Program-made: the position numbers and the translations under genes | Shown: piece by piece, positions 12,201-20,980 of the stretch | How positions within the stretch are numbered: position 1 is the stretch's first letter | Layout: every line of letters starts with the position of its first letter | The notes under the pieces: generated by a model | What the model was told of the DNA's origin: nothing | Databases searched by the model: none | What the model saw: the letters and a program-made list of their open reading frames with translations, nothing else | Origin: a virus | Virus record (IMG/VR): IMGVR_UViG_3300024261_001362 | Location: 1-64,000 of that record | Strand: one strand, 5' to 3' | Length of the DNA stretch: 64,000 nt

Positions 12201-15200
12201 TGCTGGAGCTGCATTTGTCTATAGAAGAAATGAAGATGCTCCTGGACAAAAAGCTGACTGGAAATTAGCGACTCATTTAATTCTTCCTTCTGGATTTAAG
12301 AGAGATTTTGTTAGTAGAGAAATTCCAAATGCTATAAGTTTCGGTAGTTGGAATATTGATGCTAAAAAATGGAATGTTGGTCAAGAAGGTAGAGAGTTAG
12401 GTCACTCAGTAGATATTGCATCTTCTGGAGACACTGAAACTATTGTAATTGGTGCTCCCGGTGCTGGATGGACTAGACAATTCGATACTATTACAGAATC
12501 TGGTATTCCAGTATGTATGATGGTATTTACTGACCAGTTTAATTATCAAGATGAAGATTTGGGAGTAATTGCTAATACTGCAGAAAAGAATAAAATCTTA
12601 TATCGTTATTTCTCTGCTCCTTGGCTAGAGGGTTTTCAGCCTCGTATAGATATTAAATTGTTAGTATTCCAAGCGGCACGTCACGTAGATAACAAGCCCG
12701 TAGTTTACTCTGATCTTGAATGGTTTAATCACCAATATATTGAACGAGAAAATGATCCTGATTTACTTGAACAAACTAGTAAAGAAGTCATTATAAATGG
12801 AAATGTTAGTGGAATTCAAGATGCATTCTTGGAGATGTTCCCTCATGACACTACAAGTCCGCATAGTGGAATTCCTCCAATTGTTGGTATCTTTAAGGAT
12901 AACACTGCTTCAACAAAATACACTGATGCATTTAAAGAATCTGTTGATCGATTTATAAGTTATTATAATGATTATTCTTTTGTTAGTGGTGTAAATGATC
13001 CATCGAATGCATCTCCACAGGCTGGTCATGTCAATGAAATTGATGGTAACCCAAACACTGCTAACTTCTTAACAGACTCAGTAAAATTGCTTGATGACAC
13101 ATTGGCTACTGGTTATTTAAATTCTCAAAATGTCTTAAAATTTATAACCAGCGGTGTTGGTCAAGAATGGGCTAATAGTAATGCCTATCAATTCCAAATA
13201 CCTCCTGCGTCTGGTGGTAGAGTATATATCTTTGAAAAAGAAAATAATGAGTTTAACTTAGTTCAAGAAATTAAATCAAAAACGGAAAGAGATTTTACAT
13301 CAACATTTTCTAACAATGGTATTGATGATTATGCTATTAATTTAGGTTCTATACCAAGTACAAGATTTGGACATTCTGTTTCTATTAGTGATGAAAATGA
13401 AATTATTACAGTTGGTAGTCCTTATGATGCAAATGCTGTAGAAGTATTTGAAAGAAATCCATCTGAGCATACAAGGATGCTTAATAACATTCGACCGTGG
13501 CTTGTTCACCAAGATAAAACTGAAGAAGTTACTAAATACGATTTACTATTAACTGCTTCTGGTACAACACAAACTGCTCAACAAATCTACTATGATTTAT
13601 CTACAAGTGATAAGTTTTTACTTAGAATAGATGAGTCGTATTGGATTAATCGTCCAATTGAGTTATATAAGAATATTTACACTTATGGTTATGGTAATAT
13701 TCCTTATCGTGGAACTTGGAGTTTTATTCCTGATGAGTTTGCTGGAACATCCAGACTCGGTTATAGCACAGCAGTTTCATCAAGTGGTAAAACTATTGCT
13801 GTGGGTGCTCCTACAGATTCATTTAATGAATTTGACGACAATAATGTTTGGTATAGAAGTCAGAATACTTGGGCTTCTTATACTAATGCTGGTGCTGTTA
13901 GAGTCTTTGAATCAAGAAACTATTATCCTCATAATCGTGTAGTAGAATTTTATAAGTTTGGTAATTTAGATAGGACAATGCATCCGAGTGTAGTAGATCA
14001 GGGTTTCTACGATCAATGGGATTTATTCTATGGGTCTGAGCGTCCGTTTACAAGAACTGCATTTAGTGATATTGAAATTCCACAAGATGCTGGATTAGCA
14101 TTTATTATTACTCCAGAAGTAGATGCGGCTAGTGATGAAATCATTCAGAACATTAAAGACTGGTTAGCACTTGGTGATAGGACACTGGTGCTGGTCGGTA
14201 ATGACCCATCTTACGAGGAAAATGGATTATATAGAGACTCTAATGTTATTCTCAATAAAATTCTTGAAAAACTTGGCTCAAGAATGAGTATTCATCCAGC
14301 AAGAAATGCACATGAAGCTTTAGTTGGTGCTAGAAATGAGAGCCAAGTATTTGATAAGAAATATAATGTTGTAGCATCTAAAGTGCCTTCATATGCTACA
14401 TCGACTAGGATCTCTAACGCAAGTATATTTGCAAGTGGTGTTGGTGATATTAGAATTAATGTCTCTGACGATTTGGGTCCAAATTATCTTGCATTTACAC
14501 CTTGTAATGATTTTAATGCGGGATGTGGATTACCACATATGCATAATGGTGATTTACGTGCTGAATGGACTGAAGTTTGTACGAAAACTATTCCAGGTGT
14601 TGGTGCATTTGATGTATATTATAAAAATAATTGGCCACTCCAGTTTGGTAATTTTGAACCAGATTGTGATTATCCTCCAAGGGGATCAATCAGGCGACCT
14701 AATCAAGATATACGTCCTATTCTTGTTGCTGCTGAAGATGTGCCAGAAAGAACTTATACTATTCCTGCAGTTCCTCCAGCTTCAAGTTTAATGTCTGAAC
14801 CTATTTATGCAGATTTAGAAGAAAATACAACATATTTGCAACGTGAATTTGCTGAACAACAAATTGATGAAGTAGCATTTTCTATATACGAAGATGATAA
14901 TTCTAATTTTGCTGGTGTGAATATTAATCAATACAGTAGGGGTACTTTTGATGATCCAGACTCCTTTACGACTGCTGATGGAAGTACGAGAGATGGATTG
15001 ATATATGCTACAGGTGTTAATCAAGCTACACCTCCAATTAGTCAAACTGAAGTATTAGCTGAGGAAACAATAGCTATAACAAAAGAACAATACTTTGATG
15101 ATGAAAATAATCCTACAATACATAGTGTTTATTTAATGGCTAATATGAGTCTTGAGTCATCAGTGGCTCTTGGTGTGAATAATGTAGACACTCCTAATAG

Positions 15201-18200
15201 TGACCAGAACATTCTATTTTATAATAATTTGATTATGAAAGATTGTATCAATGCTGGACAAGTTTATCAGTTAGGCGGATGGACTGGACGTTCATCCTTT
15301 ACTTCGGCATATTCTCAATCAGCCATAACTCAAGCGTGGTCAGAATATCAAGGTTTGGAATCCTATCGAGAAAATGTAATTCTTGGTTCTAATTCTGAAG
15401 CTGGTGAAATACAAGAGATTCCAGATGATGTAAATGTTTTATGGATTGCCAATCCTCAAGGGTTACCAACTGAAGCAGATCTTAATGCTATAAAAAGTTG
15501 GTTACATGCTGAACCACAAAATTTGGGAGACACAGAAAATCCTAATCTTGTGGAGAAGAAAATTGTTATTACTTATGGTGCAAATCAAGAAATAGCATCT
15601 AATGTAAGAAGTATTTGTGAAAGTTTAAATTTAACTACAAAACCTCGACGTTCTGAAAATCCTTACGGTCCTCAAGTTTACTTTGGTGGGTTTTTCTTGA
15701 GAAGTGCTCATGGACTTAATAATGGTGTATATCAACATCAGAATGTCGGTTTAGATATATCTACAATTGGATGTACTGAAGGTTATGTTTTTGCCAGTAT
15801 AACAAACGCCACCGAAGTAGATGGCGGATTATTCATACCTCTTCCCTCTATTAATCATGTCTCTCTACCAGATGTTGCAGATCCAACAAACTTTGTCTAT
15901 TCTTCATTTTTCTCCATAGAACTAGGCTCCAATACTACTAAACTGTTATATTTTGATGGTCCTCCGGATCAGATTGTAGAGGACATATTAATTGCATCTC
16001 CAGATAGTTGGTATGTTCCTGGTAATAATGCCTCGGCTACATTTAATGTTGAGAAAGGTTCAGGATATAGATTATTCATTAATCGGGTTTCTGAAAATAC
16101 TAATGAACAGCTTAGTTTAAGTTATAGCACAAATAATGTGGCATTTCCAGGAGGAGGAGATTGGTTCTTAGAGCAAGATGAGGATGATCCAACTATTTTC
16201 TCAGATCAGGTATTTGTGCCTCCGGGTGATTTTTATCATGAACATAGGTTGTCGTCAACTACTAATCATAATATTGAGACTTTACAGTTAGATTTTTATG
16301 TTCCATCGGGTGATACACTTGGTACAACTACTTTTAAACTTAATTTCAAAACCCCACAAAATACTGCTGGTCCATCACAGATTGGTGGTGGTTTAATAGA
16401 GCCGGACACATCGTTTCATGATTATCTACTCGATAATAATACCTTTCCTGCTACCACAAGGTTATTATCTATATCTGGTTGTTTATTGCCAGTTAATAAT
16501 AGTAGTTTTACAACTACTGAAACAACTCAAGTACAGGTTGGCGAGAGGTTCTACTGGAGAATAACAAACCAAGGTAGTCCTGAGAGAATAGTTACACTTC
16601 CAGCTACATTTAGACCCATTATGACGGATAATACCAAGTATTGTGATCCAGGTAATAATCCCACAGGAGCTGGAGATACTGATCCAGACCAAGAAATATT
16701 TAATACATTAGATGGAGAATCAGATAAGGAGTGTCTTGGTGGTAGTGAAATTGAAGATGGTCCGATGGTTTGTGCCGTAGAGAGAGAAAACTTCAGTGGG
16801 TTTGTTAATGGATTAAACAAATCTACTATTGTAGTAATATCTGATTCTACAATCGTACAGGGTCAAAATGCTTATTACAGAAATGATACTAATGCTGGTA
16901 ATCAGGCATTTATGAGAAGTTTATATCCAGTAAGCCCAGGAGATCCTGATGACGATGGTAACTTCTTTACAGAAGGTAGAAATTATAGTCAAGTGCAAAA
17001 ATTATTATCACCAGAACGCGGTAGTCCTGGTAAATATCTTGCATTAAGTAGTATCGATAATACAACACTTAAGTTTGGTGATTCAAACTATTCTACACCA
17101 AGTGTTAATGTCTTTTCTGATACTGAAAATAGTTTACATCCAAATGATATTTTTAGGGAACCAGATCCAGACACTGGAGAGGAAATAAAAGAAGCAATTG
17201 ATATATTTGAAACTGGAATTATCAAGAATTATGGTGCATATCCGAGATATAGCGGTGTTATTAATGGTGTGGATTATATGGATGCTCGTAGAGGAGGGGG
17301 TGTTCCAGATCTACTAAAGAAAACGGGTAAAGATTATCTTGATTTAGATGTATATAGTACTGGTTATCCAGGTGATTTGTTTGGATATGATATTAGTATG
17401 TATGAAGACAAATTAGTAGTTGGTTCTCCATTCAATGCATTTACTTCTGGTCATCCTGCTATAAGCTGGCCTTCTGTACTTAATCATTATAATAGCGGTA
17501 TTGATCCAGCTAAGATATCAGGTAATGGTGGAGTTGGTGCAGTATTCTATTTTGAAAGAACTGAAAAAGCTTCTAATGTAGTGGGTTCATTCTTACCTTG
17601 GGAATATAAAGACAAAATTAAAGCTGGTTGTTTAAGTTTAGGTTTTGATAATCCAACTGTGGATAATCTATCTGATCACAAGGGTGATCATAATGTTCTA
17701 CCTGCCGACGTGATTGCTCATGCTCACAGAAATGATGAGTTTGGCAGGTCTGTAGCTATTACTTCTGATATGTTGGCTGTCGGTGCCCCATGTCATGATT
17801 TTGAAACAATTCATCAACATGTATTCTATAGCGATACTGCTTTTATTAGAAAAGACTTTAATGCTGAATTTAAGATACACGAACATAATTCTTGGGATTT
17901 AGGTTGTTCTGGCAATCGTGTAGATCTTTTTGAGGGCGACAGTGGTAAGATGGTACTTAATAACGGTGCAGTATTCACCTTTAAACATCGAATTACTGAC
18001 TGGCCAAATAGAATTAAAACATGGGAAGAAGCTGATAAGATTAATGCCCAAGGGTATTCAGATAGAAATACAGACTTAATAGATGCTGCTAGTTCTGGAA
18101 CTGAAAATGATTACTTTGGTACATCGGTAGCATTACATAGAGCTAAACGTGGTGATAGTGATTATACATTAGTTGTTGGTTCTCCTAATCATAATTATTC

Positions 18201-18810
18201 TACAAGTGGCAATCATATTACCAGTGAAAATATGGAAAATGCTGGTGCAGCATATACATTCGATGCGATGCTTCGAGAGCAATTACCAACTATTCCTAAT
18301 TCTAATAGTTTTATGACTGCAAGAGTATTTGGAGATCGTGAGGCTGATCATTTAAATACATTAACACTAAATGTTAGTCAAAACACTACTGGAGATCCAA
18401 TCACATATACCACCAGCGGTATAGTTAATAGTAATTCCAAGGGTCATATCTTCTTAGAAGCATCAGGATATGATGCCTCAACTAAAGGATTTGCGATACA
18501 GAGACCATATGTGGTATCAGTTAGAGGTAATTTACTACCTGGCACACCAGACTCCGGTAGCTTTACCTTGTTTACTACTGGAAAACCAGTCGATATGAGT
18601 GGTAATATGAACCTGATGTTATCAGGTGCTCCATCTGCAAATGTGTATAATAATATGGCTTTATATAATCGTGGTGTCCTTGGTTTGGATAGTGGTAATT
18701 TACAAATGTTCTTAAAAACTGTCAGTGGTGTCGAACAAGAACAAGTCACTCTCTATGTTGAGAATGAAATTCTCACAGAGAATTTAAATCTAAGGGTAAG
18801 GGGTAAATAA
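3259..18810 (+). CDS. Giant (5183 aa) modular virion/tail adhesin-like protein: Calx-beta, RCC1-like repeats, 3 cadherin-like Ig repeats, LamG-like domain, FG-GAP beta-propeller
   Basis: Uninterrupted 15.5-kb ORF. Motifs FTFTRTGDTSSSLNVSY..GTAVAGTDY (Calx-beta), AFAALKxDGSVVTWG x10, NxPPTLxxIxxxTI x3, FG-GAP motifs x7. Confidence 0.85.
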   Translation: MAINETIRPNGNVNQLWNVYDYTKIIDSNDLTYAMADDDNELVEQIWSFDNPAFTFETLVSVEVFVKHKDAGISGNPDASVNVKIGGSWYTGQNISYNGTYSVVSVSWDGVWSNSDFNDFQVGITAPDISNKNREYKVAEVYAVISVAEAGYSQITINNQKSDSPNQPEFEKSEGESFEIELYHNGIDLGTTIDFTIAASPNDSILGNGGFTLDDIASVTVGSTTYEVVEGVLAGQTSVVDGVKTEKIVITLAEDSISENTEYFRLTFATTDSAGNPTTLSSTQESWNPSNLAQTWDMLITNVVPSDVVSVVATQNGTEAGTPVQFTFTRTGDTSSSLNVSYRMFGTAVAGTDYTGSQTGTVTFGAGVSSVVLSLPTIEDSVINPVKIVGVYIDKLSTYDITPAKQFAEATIVGDGIVSSEIQTSTVPIPRNGSNFTNTNNFMALRTDGSVVNVMSVMSTDDAPPVGLDNVSQVFSNDIAFAALKEDGSVVTWGHPTAGGDSSGVAAQLSSGVVQIFSTISAFAALKDNGSVVVWGDATRGGSNNTGVDLSSGVVKIFSNYGAFAALKTNGSVVTWGDSSAGGNGASELSGITDIIDICSTYDSSTKGAFAALRATGEVITWGCVGCSAPQVGNDSSGVQAELVNVVKIFATRNAFAALKSDGSVVTWGGNYGENSGAVAADLSSGVTWISAQWHSFAALKEDGTVVHWGSGGEDGGTDWDDVKSDLTNPATANVIQIYDNVWAFAALKSDGSVVTWGTETNRPNGSNSNSVSADLSSGVKRVYRTDYAFAALKTDGSVVVWGDSAYGGTNNTGVDLSKDIVRVFANRRNFTALKRDGSVVTWGKDNLGINNNVTNVRTFSNIETLDTLDPVALNDNPPTLNAIDDITIDEDAPEQTVNLTGIGDGDSGTQPLQITVSSSNPTLIPTPTVTYTSDNVFGSLTFTPAPGLSGESTITVTVTDGGLDNDLSTTTDNKTFSREFTVGVDSVNDPPTLNTIGDITIEKNSGPHTVSLAGITDGDDDTQALTVTAVSSATGTIPNPTVTYTSNNTTGSLTFTPVTDQTGTATITVTVQDSAGGTVARTFTITVIDVNNPPTLDAISNVTIEENDPEQTVNLTGITDGDGVSAPLKVTATSSNTSIIPNPVIAYTSAQTTGTLKFTPIQNRFTPVGQPVTITVTVEDAGLDNDLSTTSDNLTFSRTFTVTVNEYIPPRYYVIDIELVSHPGNQSILLNNGFSAEVCHITEYANPVAEYVRGFGHTLDNPLVASGDTSIKSRLTGVLVASGDFLSSGAIPNSGLFVTHGPSKHIDGSGSLQATYTDKLAGDFGDYRCAEKLYPIADISNSYFVTSSGTHSDLYSSIDEGVFSGDGIKENGVSTLIADSTTFIQPSSIHTDDTFSYKCKVTTPLVRPEHTRLRIRAAAPLFTHEAKIPPKYTFTDIKFEDPDGALIVQYNDIVVSGDSTYISMSGDENFATYSSAPKVNNITYSWDDTYPNLSGNEYTLSFNLLSEDPGDAFSAGFDPGFEEDYDVPDPLHSGDDYLALDGSPLSSMGQSYINPTPSIRISAIEICNSGGRGPRTEDYITLFSEVRSTGNKVQRTLIPTSMPLVDFDTTIYPTVSSVWYASDDANFSNYNTVGTKRLIHNINNSFDSDFIIMNHTSGVADSGKLTLKMSHNADPNNLKTRTRGAFDLGFDGTIGGTCIRNGAFNKLNIEDDDINDGFFVADRDCITLRVRAKKQSGSRDYVLDVVGYSDDCILNITSAVGGFLQASSGNPIGNYPVSSGFSGSDDLALSATSLSQRENYFQVSGDNSHFVNLGEDHYSLVDGPLVNTTEFAWYEIPLKIYDDNVTLGRSRDYRMSSLLENLYLDIYPLPSGASISQVEMLVTYAPQNALKMITEGGEVRKVTSEDRPEPKIFPSSMQPNDSYLNAGSGYGSLSYISGIPQAYSTKNTSLKTNYSRRWRGMDGLTEGPYDQEAFGFGFYNPQLDYPFLSGFYDFDKENGVSVIPRVGNLTGVISSTYSTYRINNLGWRFKNSTLFADQLPGYTGAYETIDWSSLSNGSNNFHNHPLSGQIADAFNTAIRISGHNSNINFGDINIVPDSGFSMYARFSPDANVSGVGYDLFESGCLFSKWDTGNDLEFALGYASGFLRGYARDNAGAIHTVQDPAICSGYQYPLSVILTYNDDGLSGLKLYTDNEFEPNWQTLRASSVAPFHLHSANSNFVVGNSTGSGVGFNMFLTELGVSNSGNVVYSNPDPTYKQITAQRFLENNRLFWWDNTDTSSNDGYTLWKNIDEDTRTDWTLGDFKYEPFSLAFSQISKRTNRDLVSFKVCSDGQPYYAKTNQTLPSTIDSGVAYHSQIENDFLRFHLSDTPNNFYSVYPRISKSLPRGYNFVDDALVVETVLEHTTNHDITWSGGQVGPKLIVSLYTKKQEPYYETANPNWGLINRSTHYLEPSGGIHRLDSTFTYDDVCDKSEEWATFPIEAKLKEFKEKYFSQDVDDMFLQYDVVYPSGGSFESTIDIHTAHVRMENAYVNPTADSGILNIATSGGHVVDDRDLMLSLYNGPSPTSGELTLYTIGPIQVENSGLPLHTSGLFASRGEFNLFTTNFMTIEQSGLTLSTSGKMPIEQSGAVNLHTLGKGILTSASGDHLGFSLTAVNTETAGLISGIFNLNAFVSPTADTDAIQANMPIFVLNDFQTDPTDNSGILNLRTLATSALVSIYPTASMNLYLETGYASTNADMNLTLYGDNYSTTASSGSMNLSTANYAGPSNPLSTYNYASAGSDYLYWFNNNVGTGINVFDNSYATLPADDELRGVDLIGYGSCIGNSPDKAIDAVIETDDVVWREEQCVEGGIMRADKTYTNLEAGYSGNYYGIRKYTELVPSYSYFATLEMKTGNTESIKVPRDLEEWEYGINSDINYSGVKLIGDDPALSGDASIEYPLPDSGRNPEDNYGKSVAVHKDLMVVGSPFIDIPDESGYKMTNAGAAFVYRRNEDAPGQKADWKLATHLILPSGFKRDFVSREIPNAISFGSWNIDAKKWNVGQEGRELGHSVDIASSGDTETIVIGAPGAGWTRQFDTITESGIPVCMMVFTDQFNYQDEDLGVIANTAEKNKILYRYFSAPWLEGFQPRIDIKLLVFQAARHVDNKPVVYSDLEWFNHQYIERENDPDLLEQTSKEVIINGNVSGIQDAFLEMFPHDTTSPHSGIPPIVGIFKDNTASTKYTDAFKESVDRFISYYNDYSFVSGVNDPSNASPQAGHVNEIDGNPNTANFLTDSVKLLDDTLATGYLNSQNVLKFITSGVGQEWANSNAYQFQIPPASGGRVYIFEKENNEFNLVQEIKSKTERDFTSTFSNNGIDDYAINLGSIPSTRFGHSVSISDENEIITVGSPYDANAVEVFERNPSEHTRMLNNIRPWLVHQDKTEEVTKYDLLLTASGTTQTAQQIYYDLSTSDKFLLRIDESYWINRPIELYKNIYTYGYGNIPYRGTWSFIPDEFAGTSRLGYSTAVSSSGKTIAVGAPTDSFNEFDDNNVWYRSQNTWASYTNAGAVRVFESRNYYPHNRVVEFYKFGNLDRTMHPSVVDQGFYDQWDLFYGSERPFTRTAFSDIEIPQDAGLAFIITPEVDAASDEIIQNIKDWLALGDRTLVLVGNDPSYEENGLYRDSNVILNKILEKLGSRMSIHPARNAHEALVGARNESQVFDKKYNVVASKVPSYATSTRISNASIFASGVGDIRINVSDDLGPNYLAFTPCNDFNAGCGLPHMHNGDLRAEWTEVCTKTIPGVGAFDVYYKNNWPLQFGNFEPDCDYPPRGSIRRPNQDIRPILVAAEDVPERTYTIPAVPPASSLMSEPIYADLEENTTYLQREFAEQQIDEVAFSIYEDDNSNFAGVNINQYSRGTFDDPDSFTTADGSTRDGLIYATGVNQATPPISQTEVLAEETIAITKEQYFDDENNPTIHSVYLMANMSLESSVALGVNNVDTPNSDQNILFYNNLIMKDCINAGQVYQLGGWTGRSSFTSAYSQSAITQAWSEYQGLESYRENVILGSNSEAGEIQEIPDDVNVLWIANPQGLPTEADLNAIKSWLHAEPQNLGDTENPNLVEKKIVITYGANQEIASNVRSICESLNLTTKPRRSENPYGPQVYFGGFFLRSAHGLNNGVYQHQNVGLDISTIGCTEGYVFASITNATEVDGGLFIPLPSINHVSLPDVADPTNFVYSSFFSIELGSNTTKLLYFDGPPDQIVEDILIASPDSWYVPGNNASATFNVEKGSGYRLFINRVSENTNEQLSLSYSTNNVAFPGGGDWFLEQDEDDPTIFSDQVFVPPGDFYHEHRLSSTTNHNIETLQLDFYVPSGDTLGTTTFKLNFKTPQNTAGPSQIGGGLIEPDTSFHDYLLDNNTFPATTRLLSISGCLLPVNNSSFTTTETTQVQVGERFYWRITNQGSPERIVTLPATFRPIMTDNTKYCDPGNNPTGAGDTDPDQEIFNTLDGESDKECLGGSEIEDGPMVCAVERENFSGFVNGLNKSTIVVISDSTIVQGQNAYYRNDTNAGNQAFMRSLYPVSPGDPDDDGNFFTEGRNYSQVQKLLSPERGSPGKYLALSSIDNTTLKFGDSNYSTPSVNVFSDTENSLHPNDIFREPDPDTGEEIKEAIDIFETGIIKNYGAYPRYSGVINGVDYMDARRGGGVPDLLKKTGKDYLDLDVYSTGYPGDLFGYDISMYEDKLVVGSPFNAFTSGHPAISWPSVLNHYNSGIDPAKISGNGGVGAVFYFERTEKASNVVGSFLPWEYKDKIKAGCLSLGFDNPTVDNLSDHKGDHNVLPADVIAHAHRNDEFGRSVAITSDMLAVGAPCHDFETIHQHVFYSDTAFIRKDFNAEFKIHEHNSWDLGCSGNRVDLFEGDSGKMVLNNGAVFTFKHRITDWPNRIKTWEEADKINAQGYSDRNTDLIDAASSGTENDYFGTSVALHRAKRGDSDYTLVVGSPNHNYSTSGNHITSENMENAGAAYTFDAMLREQLPTIPNSNSFMTARVFGDREADHLNTLTLNVSQNTTGDPITYTTSGIVNSNSKGHIFLEASGYDASTKGFAIQRPYVVSVRGNLLPGTPDSGSFTLFTTGKPVDMSGNMNLMLSGAPSANVYNNMALYNRGVLGLDSGNLQMFLKTVSGVEQEQVTLYVENEILTENLNLRVRGK
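4580..5850 (+). repeat. Ten tandem RCC1/BLIP-II-like repeats (~42 aa period)
   Basis: Recurrent (A/S)FAALKxDGSVV(T/V)WG. DNA-level duplicates, e.g. aataatactggagtagatttaagta near 4888 and 5689. Confidence 0.85.
5878..6878 (+). repeat. Three tandem cadherin-like/Ig-like repeats (~105-115 aa)
   Basis: NDNPPTLNAIDDITIDEDAPEQTVNLTGI / NDPPTLNTIGDITIEKNSGPHTVSLAGI / NNPPTLDAISNVTIEENDPEQTVNLTGI. Confidence 0.8.
18643..18652 (+). promoter_or_regulatory. Putative phage (late) promoter motif GTGTATAATA
   Basis: Exact copy of the motif at 29705 and 60617(-). Lies ~160 nt upstream of the 18810 gene, inside the giant ORF. Confidence 0.4.
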
Positions 18811-20531
18811 TGCCTATTAGAATAAGATATCAACATCAAGACGAGTGTACTATTAGACCAACTCCATTGGTTAATATTGGTACTCAGATCTTGAAGAATG
18901 GTGCTGGTGAAGCATTTGGTGTTACCTATAGTATCACTCTAACGGGCACATTATTGGCTGATCAAGGCACTCCTTATGCAATTGATCATTTAACAAATAA
19001 TAGATATACTTTATACAATCCAAATAATCAGGCGGATGATCCATTAATATTTGGTGGTCCCTATGGATGTTTTGATACTAATCAATCTCATTATGGTAAT
19101 TTTAGACCAAGTAAACAACAAATTGAACCTAATGAAGCCGCTACAGCACTTGTTACAAAACAGAGAGCATTACGTGCATTATTTGCCCAGGATGGACAAA
19201 GATTAGAAATTACTGATTTCAATGAAGATCTTCCAGTAGTTATATGTTATCCAAGATTAGTAGATATTCAATTTTCGGAAGGCATTTGGGTTGATAAATG
19301 TGATTTTACGATAAGCCTTGAGGCTGATACATTACTTTATGGGCAAGGCGGTGATAGTAGTTTAAAAGTTGATAATGAAGGTACTTTCATTGTTCCTAAT
19401 TCTGGAGAGCTACAAAATGGTAAAACAGAAGGAGATTTATTAGGATCTTTAAGTGGTGCATTTATTAATGATTACACTGAAGATTGGTCTATTGAAGTTG
19501 ATGAATCTACTGGGGAAAGTCCCGATCTTCCATTTTCATATCGGATCACTCATAACTTAAATGCCACTGGTAAAACACATTATAAACCAGGTGGAGAAAG
19601 ATTAGTAGCTTGGGAACAAGCTCGCAAATTTGTAACCGATAGACTATCTGATAATGTTACTGAATACCCTAATATTATGGGTCAAATTGGTAGCGGCACT
19701 ATTAATTTAGTAGATAGTTTTGGTGGATTTAGTCATGTTAGAAATGAGTCTATAGGTCAATCCGCTGGTACATATACTGTTACAGAAACTTGGTTGCTCG
19801 CAAGTGGAACTGCTTATGAGAATTATTCTTCATCAGTTTCTTCTGATACCTCATCCGCTTTTGTTGGTGTGAATATAGATGGAACTATTAAAGGTTTAAG
19901 TCAAATATCTCCAAGTGGACATGGTTCTGAGGATAAACCATCAGCCTTTGATAATGCGATGTCTAAATACATTGCTGTTAGTAATAGTGGTCAGTTTGGT
20001 TTAATTAGTGATATTTATAAGCGTGCAAATAATCTTGTTGCTGTAGAACTTAATTCTCAACCATTAAGTATGACGGTTGGTACTAATGAATATACAGGGC
20101 AAATAACTTATTCTACACAATTCGATAATAGACCAACTAATATCATCTCTGGTGTTTTAACTGAAAGTATATCTGTCAATGATACTTATCCTGGTGATGT
20201 TTTTGCTGTCATTCCCGTGTTAGGTAGAAAAACTGGTCCAGTATTACAATATATCGGCGGGAGAACTGAATATACAAGAGATCTTTCAATTAATCTTTTA
20301 ATGGATTACACAAAGATTCCTTATGGTGGTGGAAGAAATCCACTGTTACTCAAGAAACCAAGTGTCATTGAACCATCTGCCACACAGATAGGTAATTTAA
20401 TTAAAGAGCTGTCTCCTCAAAATGAGCCTGGAATTAGAAAGTATTTCGTTAGTCCTCCTTCAGAAAGTTGGGAACCAAAAACTGGATCATATTCTTTCAA
20501 TCTTACTTGGACATATGAATTGGATTCTTGA
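18810..20531 (+). CDS. Putative tail/baseplate structural protein (573 aa)
   Basis: TAATG overlap with the giant gene, beta-rich S/T/Y composition, tail module context. Confidence 0.6.
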   Translation: MPIRIRYQHQDECTIRPTPLVNIGTQILKNGAGEAFGVTYSITLTGTLLADQGTPYAIDHLTNNRYTLYNPNNQADDPLIFGGPYGCFDTNQSHYGNFRPSKQQIEPNEAATALVTKQRALRALFAQDGQRLEITDFNEDLPVVICYPRLVDIQFSEGIWVDKCDFTISLEADTLLYGQGGDSSLKVDNEGTFIVPNSGELQNGKTEGDLLGSLSGAFINDYTEDWSIEVDESTGESPDLPFSYRITHNLNATGKTHYKPGGERLVAWEQARKFVTDRLSDNVTEYPNIMGQIGSGTINLVDSFGGFSHVRNESIGQSAGTYTVTETWLLASGTAYENYSSSVSSDTSSAFVGVNIDGTIKGLSQISPSGHGSEDKPSAFDNAMSKYIAVSNSGQFGLISDIYKRANNLVAVELNSQPLSMTVGTNEYTGQITYSTQFDNRPTNIISGVLTESISVNDTYPGDVFAVIPVLGRKTGPVLQYIGGRTEYTRDLSINLLMDYTKIPYGGGRNPLLLKKPSVIEPSATQIGNLIKELSPQNEPGIRKYFVSPPSESWEPKTGSYSFNLTWTYELDS

Positions 20532-20564
20532 GAATGATTTGTACCAAATGTAAAAGGGCGGAAA

Positions 20565-20969
20565 ATGACAAATGAACCTTTAACAGATGAACAAAAAGTT
20601 TTGGGTTCTGGACAGGTTTTGCCCTCTGGAGAATCCAACTTTTATGATTATTCCCAAGACCATTCTTACAATGATGGTTCTGGTATTAATGTTAATTTTC
20701 CAAGTCCAAGTACTTTTATAGATGCTTCAGGTACAATTAGGACATATGCTCCTAGTGGAAATGTTGTAGAGACTTCTGGTATTTTTGCTGCTAGTGGATT
20801 ACAGACATCCTTTTCTAATTCTATGGATGCGGCATTATCAGGTATCACAGATTTTACTATTTTTAATAATTATATCCATCATACTACAGGTGTAAATAGT
20901 ATACCTGTACAGATACCATATCTTTCAGATTATACAATATCTAACGGTTTTAATCCATATGTATTTTAA
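20565..20969 (+). CDS. Small Ser-Gly-rich putative virion protein (134 aa)
   Basis: In structural operon; 8 SG dipeptides. Confidence 0.6.
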   Translation: MTNEPLTDEQKVLGSGQVLPSGESNFYDYSQDHSYNDGSGINVNFPSPSTFIDASGTIRTYAPSGNVVETSGIFAASGLQTSFSNSMDAALSGITDFTIFNNYIHHTTGVNSIPVQIPYLSDYTISNGFNPYVF

Positions 20970-20980
20970 GGTGAGGAAAA

